From contig VXMD01000030.1 in the NCBI GenBank assembly GCA_009841255.1, positions 27,148-91,147 of the forward strand: a stretch of DNA of 64,000 nt, written 5' to 3'. The notes below the pieces were generated by a model, which saw only the letters and a program-made list of their open reading frames with translations, was not told where the DNA came from and searched no databases. Below, piece after piece: positions 27,651 to 38,179 of the stretch. The position numbers and the translations under genes are program-made. Position 1 is the stretch's first letter, and every line of letters starts with the position of its first letter. Origin of the DNA: Candidatus Poribacteria bacterium. GTDB lineage: Bacteria > Poribacteria > WGA-4E > WGA-3G.

Positions 27651-28478
27651 TTAGTCGGGGTAGTCGGGGACGGCAAAGCGTTTAGGAGAGAGGTAGAGGC
27701 GGGTCGCTTTTAGGAATCGAATCCCTTCATAGGCGTCTCGTTTATGGAGGAACTGGGCATTGTCGTAGATGAGCATATCCCCCATGCGCCATTTGTGTTG
27801 GTAGATGTGTTCTGGACGCAGCTGATATGAAAGCAATTCGTCTTTAAGTGCCTTGCCTTCTACGGTTCCGAGTCCTTCAAAACCGCGGGCACCGGGACTG
27901 ACGTAGAGGGTTTTGACCCCGATTTCAGGATTTGTGAGGACGACAGGGTGCGCGACCTCAATATCCGGAACACCGTGCTTTTTACCCGGACTGTATAGAA
28001 TTTTCATGTTGTCAAGACGATCCTTGAGAGCAGATGGTAGAGCTTCGTATCCCATCCGAGTGCTACTGAAACTCGTACTTCCCCCCGACTCGGGGGCAAT
28101 CACGCAGAAGAGTGTAGACAGGGTGGCTGGGTTTTGCCGATATGCTTGATCGGAGTGCCATCCGCCATCTGTATTGTCAACGAAATTTCCTCTGATGAGC
28201 GTTCCATCAAGACTATTGATGTTGGCAAGATAGATGACCGATTTGAAACCCGGACTGTGGTTGTCTTTAGCGGCGGGTGGCTCTTCAACGGGTCCCAGTG
28301 CGTTACTGAGTCGGTAGATATCATCGTCGTGAAGGGATTGTCGACGAAAGAGAAGGAGGGCATGTTTCTGGACAGTCGATAAGATGGCTTCTGCCATATC
28401 CTCATCAATCTGTGTTAAGTCTACGTTCAGGACTTCAGCACCGAAGTTTTCTGATAAGGGTCTGGTTTGAAAGTCCAT
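27651..28478 (-). CDS. TauD/TfdA family Fe(II)/2OG dioxygenase
   Basis: FGAEVLNVDL, GGWHSDQAY (HxD), and the C-terminal DNAQFLHKR region. Confidence 0.75.
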   Translation of the reverse strand: MDFQTRPLSENFGAEVLNVDLTQIDEDMAEAILSTVQKHALLLFRRQSLHDDDIYRLSNALGPVEEPPAAKDNHSPGFKSVIYLANINSLDGTLIRGNFVDNTDGGWHSDQAYRQNPATLSTLFCVIAPESGGSTSFSSTRMGYEALPSALKDRLDNMKILYSPGKKHGVPDIEVAHPVVLTNPEIGVKTLYVSPGARGFEGLGTVEGKALKDELLSYQLRPEHIYQHKWRMGDMLIYDNAQFLHKRDAYEGIRFLKATRLYLSPKRFAVPDYPD

Positions 28479-28502
28479 CTTTGATTGGGACAGGGTAAAG
28501 AA

Positions 28503-29669
28503 TTAGCCGATCTGCCAATCCTCTTTTCCGGCGTAGCGGTCCTCGTACACATCTTCATTGAGCGCCAGCCCAAGTCCCGGGGTATCGGGGACTGTGAACG
28601 TTCCGCCGGTGAAGGCGTAGCCAGAGGTATCAATGACATCACTCGTGAGGGTCGCGACTTCGCCGTAGAGGAAATGGGGAATTGTTTTGCCGAATTGGAG
28701 ACTGAGGTAGAATCCGAGCAGGGAGCCCCAGTTATGGGGTGCGCACCGGACACCGTGTGCGGCAGCCATATCGGCGAGTCGTCGCCAGCCGGTAACGCCG
28801 AGTCCCTTCATATCGTGCTGGATGACATCAATAACACCCGCCTCAAAGAAAGGATCATAGAATTCAAGTGGGTCGCGCGTTCGGGTTTCGCCATCGGCAA
28901 TGAAGGTTTTCAACCCCTTTTCTTGGATGAAGGCTTTGAGATTGCGGTACAATTCGACCTCTTCCTCAAACATCTCTTCTATCCAAAAGACATCACAATC
29001 ACTCGTTTCGTTCAGAAAGGTGATAACTTCATCGTAAGTATAGGCGTTGTTTGCATCAACGAGAATATTGAAGCCTTCGCCGGCTGTGCTACGGGCAAGT
29101 TGGACGAGTTCTATGTCCCGTTGCAGTCCCGCCTTGCGTTCCATGAGGTAGCTACCGCGTCCGATTTTCATTTTGCATGCGGTAAACCCATTGGCGAGAC
29201 TGCTTTTGACATCATTCTCGATGCGTTGAAGTCCTTCGGCTTTTGTCTCATACAGGAGATCGTTGAAATAGATGGTACTGTCGTAAGCAGGCAACCCGTT
29301 TGAAAAAACATCGTCACCGATGAGCTGATAGGCAGGCTTGCCGAGGATTTTGCCGATTGTGTCCCAGAGGGCGTTTTCAAGCCCGAGAAATTCCGCAACA
29401 ACGCCGTTTTCAGGGTTTAAGAGGTCAAACGGGTTTTGGTTAAGCACGCCTTCCGCATTTTCAGCGGTTGTTGTTCCCCAACTACCAGCCCCCCAACCGA
29501 GTGTACCATCGTTGGTATGGATGCGGATAATACGTTCGTTCCATTTCGCATTCGGATCCGGCTGATGAATCTCCGTTGCGCGGGAGTTACAACCAATGGC
29601 AGGTTGATCAATTTCGACCGTAACCTGTTCAACTTTGGTAATCTTGATATCCGTCGGATAATTCGGCAT
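28503..29669 (-). CDS. Enolase superfamily enzyme (MR/MLE family)
   Basis: FTACKMKIG, ILVDANNAYT, FWIEEMF. Confidence 0.75.
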   Translation of the reverse strand: MPNYPTDIKITKVEQVTVEIDQPAIGCNSRATEIHQPDPNAKWNERIIRIHTNDGTLGWGAGSWGTTTAENAEGVLNQNPFDLLNPENGVVAEFLGLENALWDTIGKILGKPAYQLIGDDVFSNGLPAYDSTIYFNDLLYETKAEGLQRIENDVKSSLANGFTACKMKIGRGSYLMERKAGLQRDIELVQLARSTAGEGFNILVDANNAYTYDEVITFLNETSDCDVFWIEEMFEEEVELYRNLKAFIQEKGLKTFIADGETRTRDPLEFYDPFFEAGVIDVIQHDMKGLGVTGWRRLADMAAAHGVRCAPHNWGSLLGFYLSLQFGKTIPHFLYGEVATLTSDVIDTSGYAFTGGTFTVPDTPGLGLALNEDVYEDRYAGKEDWQIG

Positions 29670-29780
29670 ATTTTAATTTTACCTTGCGGTTCGGTCAGGT
29701 AGATTGATATGTCAAGGTAACCACACGTTAATCCGCCCTCTGCTACGCTTACGGGCTACAGTTACGAAAATTATCTTAAG
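29670..29780 (-). repeat. Leader repeat (proximal module plus GTAGCCCGTAAGCGTAGC..GGGCGGAT module plus cttaagataat module)
   Basis: The plus strand reads attttaattttaccttgcggttcggtcaggtagattg ... atccgccctctgctacgcttacgggctac ... attatcttaag, and parallels 52953..53085. Confidence 0.85.
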
Positions 29781-29867
29781 AAAACCAACAACACAGGCGG
29801 ATAGAAGAGAAAACATTCAATAAACTAAAGACCCCTCATTTACCGCCTTGCGAATAATTAAAAGTAT

Positions 29868-31058
29868 CTACTCCAGTACGAGGAGCAGTTCATTGAGTGC
29901 GTCTTTCACCATATCGTTGGTTTCGGTCTCCCTGAAGTAAACGTCAAGCTTATGGGGCAGATTATCGTACTGGTCAGCCTCTTGGATCTGCTTTATCAAA
30001 GCAGGTTTCTTAAGAAGTTGAACGATACGGAGTCTGTCTTCATGATCGACGACTTCAGGATTGGCTAACAAAACGATCAAACGTCCGGCTAATCCGTCTG
30101 CGAGTCCATTTTCGGCGTAATGGTTCAACGTATCCATAGCGGTTTGCTTTGTGTTGAGACTTGAGCCGTTTGTGAGGATTGCGACGAGACCATCAACAGC
30201 GCCTGCGTCAGGATACTTTTGCAGTGCTTTAGCAACATCCATACGCACGATGTCATCGGAATCGTCAAGCGCATCAATCAACATGTCAGTTGGGTGTTCT
30301 TTGAGGAACATCATAGACTTTGCGGCAGCGCGTCGGACAATAGGGTTCGCATCGGTCAAACCCTTGACGATTTTTGCTTCGGCAGCTTCGTTTCCGAGCA
30401 GATAGAGTGCGGTGTTAATTTCCATCTGCAACCCTTCGTCAGTGGTCGCGTTGTTGAGTGCCTCTAACCCAGCAGCGGCAGATGCATCCCCTATATCACC
30501 AACGATACGGACGAGCTGAATCTTCACAGCAGGTGGCGTCTTGCTGTCGCCAGCAGTCTTGAGGATGTCGTTAAGAGCTGGACTGCCGATGTCCTTCAAG
30601 ATCTGGACGAAGTCACCATGGACATTGCGATAGCGGTTTTTAACGAGGTCCTCCAACACGAAAGGTACGGCGGGTGCCCCCTTATCAACGAGGACCTGCA
30701 TGGCATCCTTCTGGACCCTATGGCGTTCCCCAAGAATATGCAGGATTCTCTTCATCTCATATTCGCCCAATTCACCGACACGGCGGTCCCGTTTAGTTTT
30801 ATAGTCGGCTTCCACATTATGCATTCTTGCCGCGCCCGTTGAAATCGCATGGCTATAAGCAATAATCAGGAGTGCACGAGGTTCAACCTTGTTGTCTTCT
30901 TCCTTTTCAGCATTCTCAAGATGCTGGACCGCTTCGAGTGTGAGTCCCGCGTCTAATAATTTACTCCTGCCAACTTCAAGTTGGGTGATGACCTGTTCCG
31001 GCTTACAGCCGAAACTCACGACTCCTATAAGTAGTAGTATCAGCAAAAGTTTTTTCAT
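29868..31058 (-). CDS. HEAT-repeat protein, probable lipoprotein (paralog A)
   Basis: AGGAGG lies before ATG 31058. Signal MKKLLLILLLIGVVSFGC. HEAT-like DANPIVRRAAAKSM and DDSDDIVRMDVAKAL. The tracked start is 31196. Confidence 0.65.
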   Translation of the reverse strand: MKKLLLILLLIGVVSFGCKPEQVITQLEVGRSKLLDAGLTLEAVQHLENAEKEEDNKVEPRALLIIAYSHAISTGAARMHNVEADYKTKRDRRVGELGEYEMKRILHILGERHRVQKDAMQVLVDKGAPAVPFVLEDLVKNRYRNVHGDFVQILKDIGSPALNDILKTAGDSKTPPAVKIQLVRIVGDIGDASAAAGLEALNNATTDEGLQMEINTALYLLGNEAAEAKIVKGLTDANPIVRRAAAKSMMFLKEHPTDMLIDALDDSDDIVRMDVAKALQKYPDAGAVDGLVAILTNGSSLNTKQTAMDTLNHYAENGLADGLAGRLIVLLANPEVVDHEDRLRIVQLLKKPALIKQIQEADQYDNLPHKLDVYFRETETNDMVKDALNELLLVLE

Positions 31059-31502
31059 GTTCCGTTTATCTTTTCCTCCTGAAATCTCGATTAGACTCAC
31101 CCATTCCTGCCGCGTGTCGCGCGTATGCTTCACAAAAACAGTGCGCGCTATTCGATAGAGCGCAACTTGCAAGCAGACAAAAAAGTATCCATCCAATACT
31201 TTTCAGTAGAATTTGGCAAGGAAGTTTTGTAGGTTCTGTATATCACAATATATTTAACCCCTACCAAACAGGAATTACACATCTGGGCAAGTACTGATGT
31301 AAAGAATATTCTAAAATAAATACATTTTTATGTCAACAATTTAAGTGCAGGCGGCAAAGCAACGCCGTTTTCCCTCAAAACCGTGTGAATCCTTTTGTAG
31401 GAACGGGCATTCTCCAACTGCCAGATTGCGTTTCTCCGATAAAACGCGTAGGAAAACTGAACGCCATTTGCAAAAAATATAGATAAGCGATGAATTGTCG
31501 AA

Positions 31503-32699
31503 CTACTGAAGCGCATCAAGGAGTTGCTTAAGCGACGTTTTGACGAGTTCGCTCTGTTCCTTTTGCTTATGATATTCATAGAGTGTGAACTCAAGATTGT
31601 CGTACAATTCCGTCACCTGAATCTGTTTCACAAACGGCTCCCTTTTCAGAAGTTGAACGAGATGGAGCCGATTGTCTGCGTCGCTAACGGTTCCGCCAAT
31701 GAGCAACATTGTAATGCGCTTTGCCAAGCCTCTCGCCAGCTTGTTTTGTCCATAAATGTCAAGCGTATTAATCGCCGCCTGCTTCGGATCTTTGCTCAAT
31801 CCACCGGTAAGAATATTTACGAGTTCATCGACAGCGTCAGCATCCCGATGCACTGCGAGTGCTTCCACAAGTGATGCGACGACTTCAGAGTCAGTATCTT
31901 TTAACCCCGCAATGAGTGTTTTGGATGACACATCGCTGATATTTGTCATGGCTTTTGCGGCGGTGCGTCGGACAGCAACATCACTATGAGTTAAGCCAGC
32001 GATGATATCCTTCTTATAGGACTCTTCACCGAGCTGATAAAGTGTCGTGTTAATTTCCATCGCCAAAGCAGCTTCGCCCGTTCCACTTTGAAGCATTTTT
32101 AGCGCATCTATGGCTTTTGTATCGCCGATTCCCGCAAGGACCTGAACGAGTTTAACCTTGACGGCAGGCGGCGTCGTTTCATCAGTAAGCTTTGCTAAAA
32201 CCAAGTCAAGACCATCAGAACCTATCTGAATCAGCATTCCTGCAAAATTTGCATGAAGTGATGGATATCTTCCTTTGATGAGACTGTCAAGAATTATTGC
32301 CGATACTTCAGGTCCCTTATCTACCAGTGCCTGTAAGCCATCTTTCTGTACCCGCGACGGTGTGCTGAGAATTTGTAGGATTTGCCGTATCTCCGCCTCG
32401 GTGAGTTCTTGTATCCGCTGTTCACGTTGATTTTTGAACTTGGCTTCAACGCCATGGCTACTCGCACTTCCGGTAGAAAGTCCGTGAGAGTAAGCAATAA
32501 CGAGTAGCGCGCGCGGCTCCAGTTTATTAACCTCTTCCTCTTCTGCTTTTTCGAGGTGATCAACGGCTTCCAAGGCGTTACCGCTGTCAATCAATTTACT
32601 CCTGCCTACGGATAGGTTGCTCGGCCCCTTCTGTTTTGTCTCACAGCCGACTCCGGCAAACAGTAGGACAACCAGTGGAATGATCACAACCTTTTTCAT
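31503..32699 (-). CDS. HEAT-repeat protein, probable lipoprotein (paralog B)
   Basis: Colinear with paralog A (LSVGRSKLIDSGNALEAVDHLEKAEEEE.. vs LEVGRSKLLDAGLTLEAVQHLENAEKEE..). Signal MKKVVIIPLVVLLFAGVGC. Confidence 0.65.
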   Translation of the reverse strand: MKKVVIIPLVVLLFAGVGCETKQKGPSNLSVGRSKLIDSGNALEAVDHLEKAEEEEVNKLEPRALLVIAYSHGLSTGSASSHGVEAKFKNQREQRIQELTEAEIRQILQILSTPSRVQKDGLQALVDKGPEVSAIILDSLIKGRYPSLHANFAGMLIQIGSDGLDLVLAKLTDETTPPAVKVKLVQVLAGIGDTKAIDALKMLQSGTGEAALAMEINTTLYQLGEESYKKDIIAGLTHSDVAVRRTAAKAMTNISDVSSKTLIAGLKDTDSEVVASLVEALAVHRDADAVDELVNILTGGLSKDPKQAAINTLDIYGQNKLARGLAKRITMLLIGGTVSDADNRLHLVQLLKREPFVKQIQVTELYDNLEFTLYEYHKQKEQSELVKTSLKQLLDALQ

Positions 32700-32840
32700 T
32701 ATCTTCCCTTTTCCTCCTGAGAATTGTTCTTTTTGGGATGAATGAGCGTCTCATGTAATGTGCACTATGACGCGTTGCGACTCAAAAAAATACTTGCACT
32801 ATAACAATACCACAAAATTCGGAAAATGTCAAGTGTATAT

Positions 32841-32913
32841 AGTTGTCAGTCATCAGTTATCAGTTGCCAGTTGTCTGAATCAGGATTTACTGGATTGAAG
32901 GATTCGCAGGATA
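32841..32913. repeat. Composite repeat: agttgtcagt(c/t)atcagtt box plus ttgtctgaatca/GGATT array
   Basis: 32841..32865 matches the reverse complement of 53134..53158, and 32868..32913 matches 13936..13982. Confidence 0.7.
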
Positions 32914-33048
32914 ATTATAGTAAAATATACAAGCACTTGGACATTGTGGGGCGAGGATACAACTCTCGCCCTAAATCGGGCTTATACAGCCCTCTCACAA
33001 AAGTGCTTCACGAGACTCGAATGGCTCTGCTATGGGGGAGCTAATGGC

Positions 33049-33077
33049 TTGACATGTGTGCCGGTTTTGGCTATACT
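33049..33077 (+). promoter_or_regulatory. Sigma70-type promoter of the M14 peptidase/GH32-like operon
   Basis: TTGACA-17 nt-TATACT. Confidence 0.55.
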
Positions 33078-33088
33078 TGCTGTCATGC

Positions 33089-35923
33089 ATGAAAAATAAA
33101 ATGTGCCGAGGACAATGTGTCAATAACAGAAGAAGAATGAAAATTAAACTGTTCGTGTCTATAGAAAAGGAACCTCTCATGAAAATCTCTGACATCTTTC
33201 ACGCCAATTTCATATCTCCGTTTTATCAACAAAACACATCGCAAGCTGGAACTCGCTTCTACAAAGAGGTCGATAGGACAACGCCATGGCGTATACGCAG
33301 TGCGTTGCTAATAATAACAGTGTGTGTTGTATTGCTACAAGCACCGGTCCACGCGCAACTGATGGCCCCTGAAGAGGTACTCGGATTTCAGGTCGGTTCT
33401 GACTATCAGGTCGCAGGATGGCAGACAGTTTCTGATTACATGCGACATGCAGCAGCGAATTCAGATCGGGTTTTGTTGGAAGAACTCGGAAAAACGACGG
33501 AAGGTAACGATTTTCTGATGTTGTTGATTTCTGCGCCAGAGAACTTAGAGAATTTGGCACACTATCAGCAAATTCAAAGACGGATCGCCCTGCCCAATGC
33601 GCCGATAAATGAAGACAGCGCGGCAGAATTGGGCGCGCTCGCGGAAGAAGGTAAAGCGGTCGTCCTGATTAATTGTAATCTGCATTCCACAGAGATCGCC
33701 TCTTCACAGATGTCAATGGAGCTTGTGCATCAATTCGCAACCGCTGAGACACCACACATCAAAGAGATTCTTGAAAATGTGATAATTCTGCTCATCCCCT
33801 CGGCGAATCCGGATGGTTTGGACATCGTGGTAGATTGGTATAATCGCACTGTCGGCACACCTTATGAAGGGTCGGAAATCCCGTGGTTGTATCATAAATA
33901 TACGGGACACGATAACAATCGCGATTGGTTTATGTTGACCCAGATAGAGACACGGATATTGACGCAGGTGCTTTACGAAGAATGGTTTCCGGAGGTCGTC
34001 TACGATGTGCATGAAATGAGTTACCGGGGACCGCGGTTTGTGATTCCCCCCTACTTCGAGCCGGTCAATCCGAATATCCCACCGCTTTTACAACGGACGC
34101 TTTCGCTTATCGGTGCGCAACTCGCTTTCGATTTGACGAGTGAAGGATTTACAGGTGTGCTTTCGAGTGCCGTCTACGATACATGGTGGCACGGCGGATT
34201 TCGGACGGTTCCGTATCGCCACAATATGGTAGGGATTTTGACGGAAGCGGCACGTGTGGAGATAGCAACGCCAATTTTCCAACCGCATCACACTTTGAAA
34301 GGCTACCGACGCGGGCTCGATAAATATACACTCCGCACGAACTTCCCTGAACCGTGGCCCGGGGGCTGGTGGCGACTGCGAGACATCGTAGAATACGAGA
34401 AAGCAGCGGCACTGTCAATTCTCTCTTTCGCCGCGGAACATCGGGTAACGCTGAAGACCAACTTTTACAAGATGGGACTCCATGCTATAGCGAAAGGGAC
34501 AGATGAACCGCCACGTGCGTTCCTGATTCCGACACAACAACGCGACATCCACACAACACTCAAGATGTTGGATATTTTACGACGCGGTGGCGTGGAGATT
34601 CATCAAGCAAACGCCCCGTTTATCGCTGATGGTGTAGAATATCCCGCGGAGACCTATGTCGTTTCGATGTCCCAACCGTTTCGGGCACATGCGAAGGACC
34701 TGCTTGAGGTGCAACGCTATCCGGAACGTCGGCCTTCACCGGAATCACCGCCCGAACGCCCTTACGATATCGCGGGCTGGACCCTCCCGTTACAGATGGC
34801 GGTGAGAACAGTCGCAGTCGTACATCCCTTTGAGGCGGATTTAACGAAACTTTCCGTCCTATCCGAAGTGGAAGGAATGTTAGAGGACGTTCCCGAACCG
34901 ACAGGTTATCTGTTTGAGAACCGAACGAACACCGAAACGATTGTCCTTAACCATCTGCTTAAAGCGAGATTCGCAGACAACAGTCCGAGATACACACTCT
35001 ATTCGGCACAGCGGCGGGACGTAGAACTCGCTGGTAAAACACTTCCACGTGGGACTATCCTGATTCGAACGGCAGAACCGCCGTTACAACAGAGAGAAGA
35101 GATCCGAGCACTCGCATCGGAATTCGGTATCCACATCCACGCCGATGCCTCCATTGACGAAGACACCACCAATCAAGAATTCTCAAGGATGAACGCCCCG
35201 CGCCTCGGTCTGTATAAACCGTGGACAGCAAACATGGACGAAGGTTGGACGCGCTGGGTTTTGGATACGCATGCGTTCAATTACAGCAGTCTCACAAACG
35301 CGGAAATGCGCGCCGGGGATTTGGCGGTGCGTTACGATGCAATCATTCTGCCGGATTTCGGTGCTTCCGGTATTCTTAACGGGCACGCAATAGGGAAATT
35401 ACCGCCGGAGTATGTCGGTGGGATCGGGACGGAAGGGTTGGCGAATTTACGAATGTTCGTGGAGAACGGTGGCACGCTTATCTGCTTGAATCGTGCGTCA
35501 GAGCTTCCTTTGAAATACTTCGGACTCGGTGAAAAGGGCATTGTCAACGTGGTCGCGAAAGAGAATCAACCGAAGGAGGGTGCGTTTTTCTGCCCCGGCT
35601 CATTACTACGGGTTCGGATAGACACGAAACACCCCATCGGACATGGACTGGACGCAGAGATGGCAATCTTTTTTAAATTTGGACCTGTCTTTGAAGCCGG
35701 ACGTGGTGGTGCGAAAGCTATAGCGACCTATCCTGAGTTCAATCCGTTGATGAGCGGTTGGCTCGAAGGCGAGAAACGGATCCGCAAGAAAGCGGCACTT
35801 CTGGAAGTCCCCTTGGGCGATGGGCGCGTGATCCTTTTCGGTTTCAAACCGCAGCATCGAGGGCAATCTCAGGGAACTTTTAAACTGCTTTTCAATGCGA
35901 TTTTTTACAGCGCACAAGACTAA
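33089..35923 (+). CDS. M14-family metallocarboxypeptidase-like protein with C-terminal class-I-amidotransferase-like domain
   Basis: HSTE (HxxE) zinc motif, LIPSANPDGL, HEMS. Internal signal-like segment RIRSALLIITVCVVLLQAPVHAQ. The start is uncertain (ATG 33089, 33137 or 33179). The tracked GTG 33056 lies inside the promoter. Confidence 0.7.
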   Translation: MKNKMCRGQCVNNRRRMKIKLFVSIEKEPLMKISDIFHANFISPFYQQNTSQAGTRFYKEVDRTTPWRIRSALLIITVCVVLLQAPVHAQLMAPEEVLGFQVGSDYQVAGWQTVSDYMRHAAANSDRVLLEELGKTTEGNDFLMLLISAPENLENLAHYQQIQRRIALPNAPINEDSAAELGALAEEGKAVVLINCNLHSTEIASSQMSMELVHQFATAETPHIKEILENVIILLIPSANPDGLDIVVDWYNRTVGTPYEGSEIPWLYHKYTGHDNNRDWFMLTQIETRILTQVLYEEWFPEVVYDVHEMSYRGPRFVIPPYFEPVNPNIPPLLQRTLSLIGAQLAFDLTSEGFTGVLSSAVYDTWWHGGFRTVPYRHNMVGILTEAARVEIATPIFQPHHTLKGYRRGLDKYTLRTNFPEPWPGGWWRLRDIVEYEKAAALSILSFAAEHRVTLKTNFYKMGLHAIAKGTDEPPRAFLIPTQQRDIHTTLKMLDILRRGGVEIHQANAPFIADGVEYPAETYVVSMSQPFRAHAKDLLEVQRYPERRPSPESPPERPYDIAGWTLPLQMAVRTVAVVHPFEADLTKLSVLSEVEGMLEDVPEPTGYLFENRTNTETIVLNHLLKARFADNSPRYTLYSAQRRDVELAGKTLPRGTILIRTAEPPLQQREEIRALASEFGIHIHADASIDEDTTNQEFSRMNAPRLGLYKPWTANMDEGWTRWVLDTHAFNYSSLTNAEMRAGDLAVRYDAIILPDFGASGILNGHAIGKLPPEYVGGIGTEGLANLRMFVENGGTLICLNRASELPLKYFGLGEKGIVNVVAKENQPKEGAFFCPGSLLRVRIDTKHPIGHGLDAEMAIFFKFGPVFEAGRGGAKAIATYPEFNPLMSGWLEGEKRIRKKAALLEVPLGDGRVILFGFKPQHRGQSQGTFKLLFNAIFYSAQD

Positions 35924-35937
35924 GAGGTAGGGATCTT

Positions 35938-38007
35938 ATGCTCACGACGGACAAGACGCTCGTCAGTTGGTTCTGCTTCGATGAGGAAGCCCCAAAGCAC
36001 TGCAGCGTGATTACCGTGCAGGCGGCTGATAAGTATGACGCAGTCGCTTTTGGGCAGGACGCTCCAGGTAAGTGGTCCACCGCCAGTGACAATAACACCC
36101 GCACACAAACCACGGAACAACTCGCGCAAAATCCGGCACAGGAAATTATACTGGGGCAGTTCATGATGATGGCTGTCGTTTACAAGGACAATTCGGTCAC
36201 CATTTACCGCGATGGGGAGGTGTACGCCAGCTACACCATCGAAAAACCGTTTGATTTTCTGAACAGCCCCTATCTACAACTGGTAATCGGTTCAGTCAAC
36301 CTCAATCCTCACTACGCCACATCATTCAAAGGAAAGATCAAAGACGTTCGGATTTATGCACAGGCTTTGACGCAAGCGGAGATTAAGGATCTAAGACCGA
36401 ACGCGCCTTCGGCAATCGAACCGTTCAGCTGGTATGATTTCTCGAAAAACGATTGGTGGACAGATCGTGCTGGAAAATTCCCGGAGATTAAAAACTATGC
36501 CGCGACAAAATTGAATGAGGAAGACGAGTATATCGTTTTCGACCGAGATGACAGACACATATTTACTTTGGACAACGAAGCGGTCCGTATCGCTCGTGAT
36601 TTTCGTCAACGCCTGATGCATGACCCGAGTCGTCCGACGTATCATTTGGTTAATTCCGAAGGCGATAACGAAAGGAACTATTCGACCGATCCCAATTTCA
36701 TGATCTACTGGAAGGGTCAGTATCATTTCGGTTATATGTGCAAAGGCGACGAGTATGCTTTCGGTCATTTCACGAGTACCGACCTTGTTCATTGGCGACG
36801 GCGCGGGGACTGTGCCTTGGACAGCGGCGGTTGTGGCACAGGTGGTACGATTATCACCAAAGACGGCAAGAAAGTTATTTTTGTCGGCATCTTTGGCGGC
36901 CGTCCGACCTATATCGAGGCTTCGGATGAGCATTTGGAGGAGTGGTCTAAACCGATTGAGATTGAGGTGCCTCAAGAGGCACGGGACACCGATTATTGGG
37001 TATTCTGGGATCCGACGGCTTGGGTTGAGGGAGATTACTACTATATATTTTCCGGTGATCACGCTATGGAGGATACCCGACCGGGGTTGGGAGCTTGGTA
37101 TAAGAGGGCGACCCTGATGCGCTCCAAAGACTTTCAGAAGTGGGAATTTCTCGGTGAATTTATGACGAAAGAGTTGCCGGGACTTGAGCATCACGATCAT
37201 TCTTGCACGGATTTCTTCAAGCTCGGGCACAAGCACATGATGTTGCTTATCAGTCATAGTTGGGGTGCCCGGTACTATCTGGGTGAATGGGAAGACAACA
37301 AGTTTACACCCGAGTTTCATACTAAAATGAGTTGGAGCAACAATTATCGCGGAATACCTATCTATTGGGCACCCAAAACCCTCCTTACACCAGACGGACG
37401 CAGAGTCGTTATTACCAATATACAAGTTAATCTTGGCAACACTTTATGGAGCTGTGTATTCTCATTGCCCTGGGAGTTAAGTCTACCTGATGATGGGATT
37501 GTGCGTATTAAACCGGTTCGCGAACTTGAGTGTCTACGCTACAACGAAACGGCTGAGAACAACATCACAGTCAAAAATGGCGAGGATTACAGGCTGCAGG
37601 AAATCTCGGGTGATACGGTTGAATTGAGCGTCACAATTAAGCCTACCGAAGCGAGGGACTACGGCGTAAAGGTGTTCTGTGACAAAGACAACCAGACTGG
37701 GATGGAGATCTTCTATTCAGCCGACAAGCAGGCGATTTCGGTGGGTGATGGCAAAGAAGCGACAGAGCCGTACCGCGGATCCGGACCTTATGACGTTGCG
37801 CCGTTCGAGTTGAAAGCAGGTGAGAATTTGAATTTACGGATATTCATCGATAGAGCACTCGTGGAAGTCTTCATCAATGAACGGCAAGCAGTCGTACAGA
37901 GTCAACTGCATAAGCCAGAAGATGTTGGAATCTGTCTCTACAGCAAAGGTGGGGACATCAAGGCAGACGTAACAGGTTGGAAGATGGCGGCAGCGAACCA
38001 ATGGTAA
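35938..38007 (+). CDS. LamG-like domain fused to a GH32-like (clan GH-J) beta-propeller glycosidase
   Basis: N-terminal jelly-roll ending KGKIKDVRIYAQALT. GH32-like blocks are YSTDPNFMIYWKGQYHFGY, FTSTDLVHWRR, FWDPTAW and HSCTDFF. No signal peptide. Confidence 0.6.
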   Translation: MLTTDKTLVSWFCFDEEAPKHCSVITVQAADKYDAVAFGQDAPGKWSTASDNNTRTQTTEQLAQNPAQEIILGQFMMMAVVYKDNSVTIYRDGEVYASYTIEKPFDFLNSPYLQLVIGSVNLNPHYATSFKGKIKDVRIYAQALTQAEIKDLRPNAPSAIEPFSWYDFSKNDWWTDRAGKFPEIKNYAATKLNEEDEYIVFDRDDRHIFTLDNEAVRIARDFRQRLMHDPSRPTYHLVNSEGDNERNYSTDPNFMIYWKGQYHFGYMCKGDEYAFGHFTSTDLVHWRRRGDCALDSGGCGTGGTIITKDGKKVIFVGIFGGRPTYIEASDEHLEEWSKPIEIEVPQEARDTDYWVFWDPTAWVEGDYYYIFSGDHAMEDTRPGLGAWYKRATLMRSKDFQKWEFLGEFMTKELPGLEHHDHSCTDFFKLGHKHMMLLISHSWGARYYLGEWEDNKFTPEFHTKMSWSNNYRGIPIYWAPKTLLTPDGRRVVITNIQVNLGNTLWSCVFSLPWELSLPDDGIVRIKPVRELECLRYNETAENNITVKNGEDYRLQEISGDTVELSVTIKPTEARDYGVKVFCDKDNQTGMEIFYSADKQAISVGDGKEATEPYRGSGPYDVAPFELKAGENLNLRIFIDRALVEVFINERQAVVQSQLHKPEDVGICLYSKGGDIKADVTGWKMAAANQW

Positions 38008-38179
38008 GAGAGATGCTCATTATCTACCGGACTTAACTGAAGGTAGCACACCGGTTGAATTTGAGCGACAACACTTGTTTTAACTTTGCTAATTTCTGGT
38101 CCTAAATTAACGTCAGCACTTCAGCGTCGAGCAGCTGGCTATCCAGTATTGTATCATCCATCAGAGGTAGCAGATCGAG

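Noticed and set aside
28485-29303. 272-aa plus-strand ORF
   Set aside because: It is antisense to the enolase-superfamily gene, which has clear catalytic motifs.
36391-37425. 344-aa minus-strand ORF
   Set aside because: It is antisense to the GH32-like gene and has a low-complexity Arg/Pro-rich translation. It is a shadow ORF.
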